A stretch of 61,432 bases of DNA, taken from a virus (taxonomy: Duplodnaviria > Caudoviricetes). Position 1 is the first letter of the stretch. Every line of letters begins with the position of its first letter. Below the pieces are notes generated by a model, which saw only the letters and a program-made list of their open reading frames with translations, searched no databases and had not been told where the DNA came from. The translations under genes were made by a program, and so were the position numbers. Below, piece after piece: positions 57,720 to 61,432 of the stretch. The DNA lies in IMG/VR virus record IMGVR_UViG_3300021963_000138, positions 1 through 61,432 of that record. One strand, given 5' to 3'.

Positions 57720-58885
57720 TTGTAATTCCTAATCAACTCGCCGAATTCGGGAAAAGTTTTATAATAATCTTCTTTTCTAAACTCATCATGTACTGCTATT
57801 TCTTGTTTAAAGTTATCCCAACGCCATTGCTCAAATTTTCCATCTTTTACAAACTGTATAATTCCTGGTAATTGTCTCCAGACCGATTCGTAGGACTTAT
57901 CAATGGTTTCTAATTTTTTACAAATTTCTTCTTTAATAGAATCGGGAAATATTTGACTACAATAATAGTCCGGATAATGCACCAAATTTAAATAAACATT
58001 CCAGTCCTTTTGAAAGAATTCAACAACTTCAGGGATATAATATACGTTTAATGCACTTATAGTATGACAAACATCAAAGTATAAATTGGGCCTATCTTTA
58101 GACCATTCCTTAGCCTTCTGCATATTTGCATATACTTCGTCCCATTTTGCAGGATGTCTCATAAACTCAAATCTTTCACCAATACCGTCTATACTAAATC
58201 CTATACTCACAAATTTAAAATTTTCTAATAACGGAAGAAGCTCTTCAGGCCATTGAGTTCCGTTTGTATTATAGTGTAGGCTCATGTTTTTTGCCCACCC
58301 GTTCTTAACACAGGTTCTTATAAATTCCCATTGCTGTTTAATCAGCCAAGGCTCACCGCCGTAGAAATCCACAACTACAATGCCTTCTCCAATTTTATCT
58401 AGATTAGCCCATAAAGGGCTTTCTTTTTCCCAGCTGTCGTTATAATTTTTTGAATTAATTAAGAATGTTTTATAATCAGTTTTTACTTTATCAACTTTAG
58501 TTTCGTAAAATTCTTTAAGCCATTGACTGCTGCTATAGGGATGACAGGTACGACATTTGATATTACAAGTATTACCCATGTTAAGCTCTAGTGTTTTAAT
58601 ACCGTCGCCTTCTTTAAAATCAAACTTTTTATTATCTCTAATACGTTTGCTATCACGGCCCGCATCTTCTTCATTCCAGCATTTAGAACAACTGGGGTGC
58701 CTTTTTCCTTGACGAAAATATTCACGAACTTCGTTCATCCATGGCTCTGTCCATAAATCTTCTAGAGATTTATCTAATACTCTTCCTCGAGTTTGACCAT
58801 CTATCATGCAACAGTGCTTTACTGTGCCAGTAGAGTTAACGCTAAGATTATGTGATGCGTTAACGCAATAAAACTCATTTTCCAT
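57716..58885 (-). CDS. Radical SAM protein with N-terminal twitch-like Cys cluster
   Basis: N-terminal FYC..SVNSTGTVKHCC..CSKCW; CNIKCRTC; YGGEP; YNTNGT; FSIDG. Confidence 0.9.
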   Translation of the reverse strand: MENEFYCVNASHNLSVNSTGTVKHCCMIDGQTRGRVLDKSLEDLWTEPWMNEVREYFRQGKRHPSCSKCWNEEDAGRDSKRIRDNKKFDFKEGDGIKTLELNMGNTCNIKCRTCHPYSSSQWLKEFYETKVDKVKTDYKTFLINSKNYNDSWEKESPLWANLDKIGEGIVVVDFYGGEPWLIKQQWEFIRTCVKNGWAKNMSLHYNTNGTQWPEELLPLLENFKFVSIGFSIDGIGERFEFMRHPAKWDEVYANMQKAKEWSKDRPNLYFDVCHTISALNVYYIPEVVEFFQKDWNVYLNLVHYPDYYCSQIFPDSIKEEICKKLETIDKSYESVWRQLPGIIQFVKDGKFEQWRWDNFKQEIAVHDEFRKEDYYKTFPEFGELIRNYK

Positions 58886-60266
58886 AATTTAGATATTCCT
58901 GTTTGCACATTTCCATAAATTCGTGATACTCTGGAAATAGCGTGTAAAAGTCTGTAGAGTTTCGTTTATCAGTTTCGTTAAAGAAAACATAAAAATCTCT
59001 ACGACCCTTTTTAATTTTTTCTGGATCGACTGGATTCTGTCTCATATAGTCAACTACACGTTTAAAAACTTCATACTCGATTTCATTAAATCCGGTTTGA
59101 TTTCCATCTTTTATAAAGTTAGACTTGATAAATTCTAGATTGTCATCCATATACTTATTAAAACTTTCTGGCAGGATGTTTATCATCCAGTGCGGAGGTT
59201 CCTTTAAGTAAGGAGTGTCGAACTGAACACGCTGATGCCACGCTGTTCCTGGAAAGTCTTTTCTAAGTTCTAGGATCTTTTCTAATAGTGTTCTAAAATT
59301 TGCAACTGTAAGTACATTAAATGTAATCATAAAACTAATGTCTTGTTTTGGCAAATTATCTAGGTAGTAGCGCAGATTCTTTTCCCATAGAACAACATCT
59401 AAATTTGTTCTAATATATTCTGCCTGTGGACCCCAAGTATCAATACTAGTATATAATTTAAAACCTTTGATAGCTTTCTTTTCTAACAATACTTTAACAT
59501 GGTCTACTAATTTCTGTACCAAACGATGTGTAATGCCTAGATTGCTGTTAACATGGATTTCTAGATTAGGTTCCGGATCGTTTTCCAACATTTCTAACAA
59601 TTTAAATGTGTTAGGATTCATCAGCGGTTCACCGCCGGTAATTCTAAACACACGTAGATCTTTCTTTAGACTTGGCCACCATTCCCAGAAAGCATCTACA
59701 TAAGGATTAGGGTCGTCCTTGTTGAAGAAGTCGCTATGCTCTAAAAATTCAATACCATATTGGTTGTAAGTTAGATCGTAATTGCCGTGCCTTTTAATTT
59801 CTTCCATCCACGAACTAGATGCTTGTGGACAGCAATACCCGCAGCGGAAATTACAGCCGTTTCCAAAACTAACTTCTAGGTGTCTGGGATTCCAATTGGT
59901 TTCCCAGCCTTGTTTAATGATATCTTCGAAGGTATCACTTATGTAGTTAGAGCTGTGTTTCATGCGATCACTAATATGATCACCTTCTAGGTCTTCAATA
60001 TTCCAGCAGTAGTAGCACTCTTCTGGACGACCCCCTTCCATCATTAACTTACGCTGTAGTTTTTTCCATGGTGTATTATGTAATGCACTGGGATTGTCTT
60101 TTAATAGGTCTTTATCAATTTTATGAGGACGAGGGTGATAGCAACTATGATTGTCGCCCATATGGAGATATAGTGTTTCCATATTCCATTTTGCTAGACA
60201 AAATCCCTTGCCTACTGTGTTTAACTTATCACGTGTTTCGTGGATAATTTCTATATATTTTTTCAT
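58875..60266 (-). CDS. Radical SAM protein with N-terminal Cys/His cluster
   Basis: FCLAKW..HSCYHP..ECYYCW; CNFRCGYC; TGGEP; NSNLG; TSIDT. Confidence 0.9.
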   Translation of the reverse strand: MKKYIEIIHETRDKLNTVGKGFCLAKWNMETLYLHMGDNHSCYHPRPHKIDKDLLKDNPSALHNTPWKKLQRKLMMEGGRPEECYYCWNIEDLEGDHISDRMKHSSNYISDTFEDIIKQGWETNWNPRHLEVSFGNGCNFRCGYCCPQASSSWMEEIKRHGNYDLTYNQYGIEFLEHSDFFNKDDPNPYVDAFWEWWPSLKKDLRVFRITGGEPLMNPNTFKLLEMLENDPEPNLEIHVNSNLGITHRLVQKLVDHVKVLLEKKAIKGFKLYTSIDTWGPQAEYIRTNLDVVLWEKNLRYYLDNLPKQDISFMITFNVLTVANFRTLLEKILELRKDFPGTAWHQRVQFDTPYLKEPPHWMINILPESFNKYMDDNLEFIKSNFIKDGNQTGFNEIEYEVFKRVVDYMRQNPVDPEKIKKGRRDFYVFFNETDKRNSTDFYTLFPEYHEFMEMCKQEYLNYGK

Positions 60267-61432
60267 TTAATGTTCCTGTACCATTCTGCTAATTGTGGAA
60301 AGGTTTCAACAAAATTCTGTTGTCTTCTTTTATCGTGCTCTGTAAAAAACTCTTTTAGATCGCTAGCATGATGATTTATGTCTGATGCATTATACTTATT
60401 ATCTTCAATCATCTTGATATTTCGTTCTACTTTATCTAATTCAAAAGGTTTAAACCCTGTAAACGTATTGTTGTATGCAACAATATTAGTCTGCGTAGAC
60501 ATCCATTGTTGTATAGATTTTAATTCAGCTATCTGTTCATCGGATGCATTAAACACACTTAACCATTTAGGACTGCGTAATAGTGGAATATCAAACCATA
60601 CCCTTTGAAATGGTTCGTCTATTGTTTGTTTATCTTTAGAAAATTCGTCTCGAAGATCTAATATAAATTCTAAATAATTTTTGAATTTTGGAATACTTAA
60701 CAAATTAAATGTGTTGATAAAACTAACACTGGTATTTTTAGTTTCTTTTAAAAATTTATAGACATTCTTTTTTAGTGTTTCAAATACCAAGCCGTTTCTA
60801 AGATATTCTGCATGTTCATTAACACTATCTAAACTGACATACAAAATAAAATGTTTGCAGGCTTTATCTTGATATTTGTACAAATAGGTAAAACTACCAT
60901 CTTCGAGTGCATGTCCAATTTCTGGAAATGTCTGAGGTATATCTTTTCTTTCTATACTAGGCAACGGATTATTATGATAGGTTTTTTCTTCTGCACCTAT
61001 TACAAAGTGCGGCCATGTTTGCCACTCTGAACCATCTTTAGGATCGGGAACATAACATTCTACATCATAGTTAACTGAGTCTAACAGTTTGACTTTTTCT
61101 AAAAATTTATCAAATATATCCTGTCTAGGAGGACACATATTACTGGTTATGCCTAGCTCTAAATTTTTATTCGGATGACTATAAACATAGTCTAGTATTT
61201 TAAATGTATTAGCATCTAATAACGGCTCACCGCCGGTCATTCTAAACACTTCTAGGTCTTTGTATATCTTAGGCCACCACTGCCAAAATGCCTGTACATA
61301 AGGATTGTTTTTATTAGACTCATCAATGGGCATTAGGCCTATGTTCTTTAGTGTAATAATATCGTTATGTGCCTGACCGTTTATTTTATACGGGCCAAAC
61401 TTTTTAACTTCATTCTCCCACTCGCTGCTAAG
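60263..61432 (-). CDS. Radical SAM protein, paralog of 58875-60266 (5' end beyond the right edge)
   Basis: Frame is open to the window edge (LSSEWENEVKKFGPY...LMPIDE). NPYVQAFWQWWP..VFRMTGGEPL..RVWFDIPLLR.P.W..FFTEHDKRR matches the neighbour; the CxxxCxxC motif presumably lies outside the window. Confidence 0.82.
   Translation of the reverse strand, partial: LSSEWENEVKKFGPYKINGQAHNDIITLKNIGLMPIDESNKNNPYVQAFWQWWPKIYKDLEVFRMTGGEPLLDANTFKILDYVYSHPNKNLELGITSNMCPPRQDIFDKFLEKVKLLDSVNYDVECYVPDPKDGSEWQTWPHFVIGAEEKTYHNNPLPSIERKDIPQTFPEIGHALEDGSFTYLYKYQDKACKHFILYVSLDSVNEHAEYLRNGLVFETLKKNVYKFLKETKNTSVSFINTFNLLSIPKFKNYLEFILDLRDEFSKDKQTIDEPFQRVWFDIPLLRSPKWLSVFNASDEQIAELKSIQQWMSTQTNIVAYNNTFTGFKPFELDKVERNIKMIEDNKYNASDINHHASDLKEFFTEHDKRRQQNFVETFPQLAEWYRNIK

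Noticed and set aside
1-61432. CRISPR arrays, tRNAs, transposases, reverse transcriptase/DGR, inteins, stop-codon recoding
   Set aside because: None recognised by eye. ORFs are long and tightly packed under the standard code, and there is no RT or adenine-variant repeat pair near the fibres. A tRNAscan/CRISPR scan was not run.

Overview
A 61.4-kb, AT-rich, gene-dense segment of a large T4-like (probably jumbo) myovirus genome in the standard genetic code. From left to right it holds a minus-strand head module (major capsid gp23 running off the left edge, scaffold, protease gp21, acidic core protein, a sialyltransferase/Maf-like gene, portal gp20) and a tape-measure-like protein with a C-terminal muramidase. 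Next come a divergent gp26-like chaperone with an apparent -1 frameshift extension, two putative internal head proteins, a ~510-bp highly structured non-coding region directly behind a stand-alone GIY-YIG gene, gp46/gp47 and the late sigma factor gp55. A long plus-strand operon follows: baseplate genes, a 4578-aa giant protein, four paralogous fibres and a glycosyltransferase cluster. The window ends in a convergent array of at least four radical SAM genes that runs off the right edge. A T4-type late promoter core, (A/T)TAAATA, precedes many structural genes. The main candidates for new biology are: (1) a large, pseudoknotted minus-strand RNA at about 13625-14006 linked to a compact GIY-YIG nuclease, or alternatively an RNA-primed origin; (2) a programmed -1 frameshift in gp26; (3) a late glycosyltransferase + radical SAM island that may modify the virion; (4) an RBS-occluding hairpin with a late promoter in its loop. 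All product calls come from reading motifs and gene order; no database searches were run.
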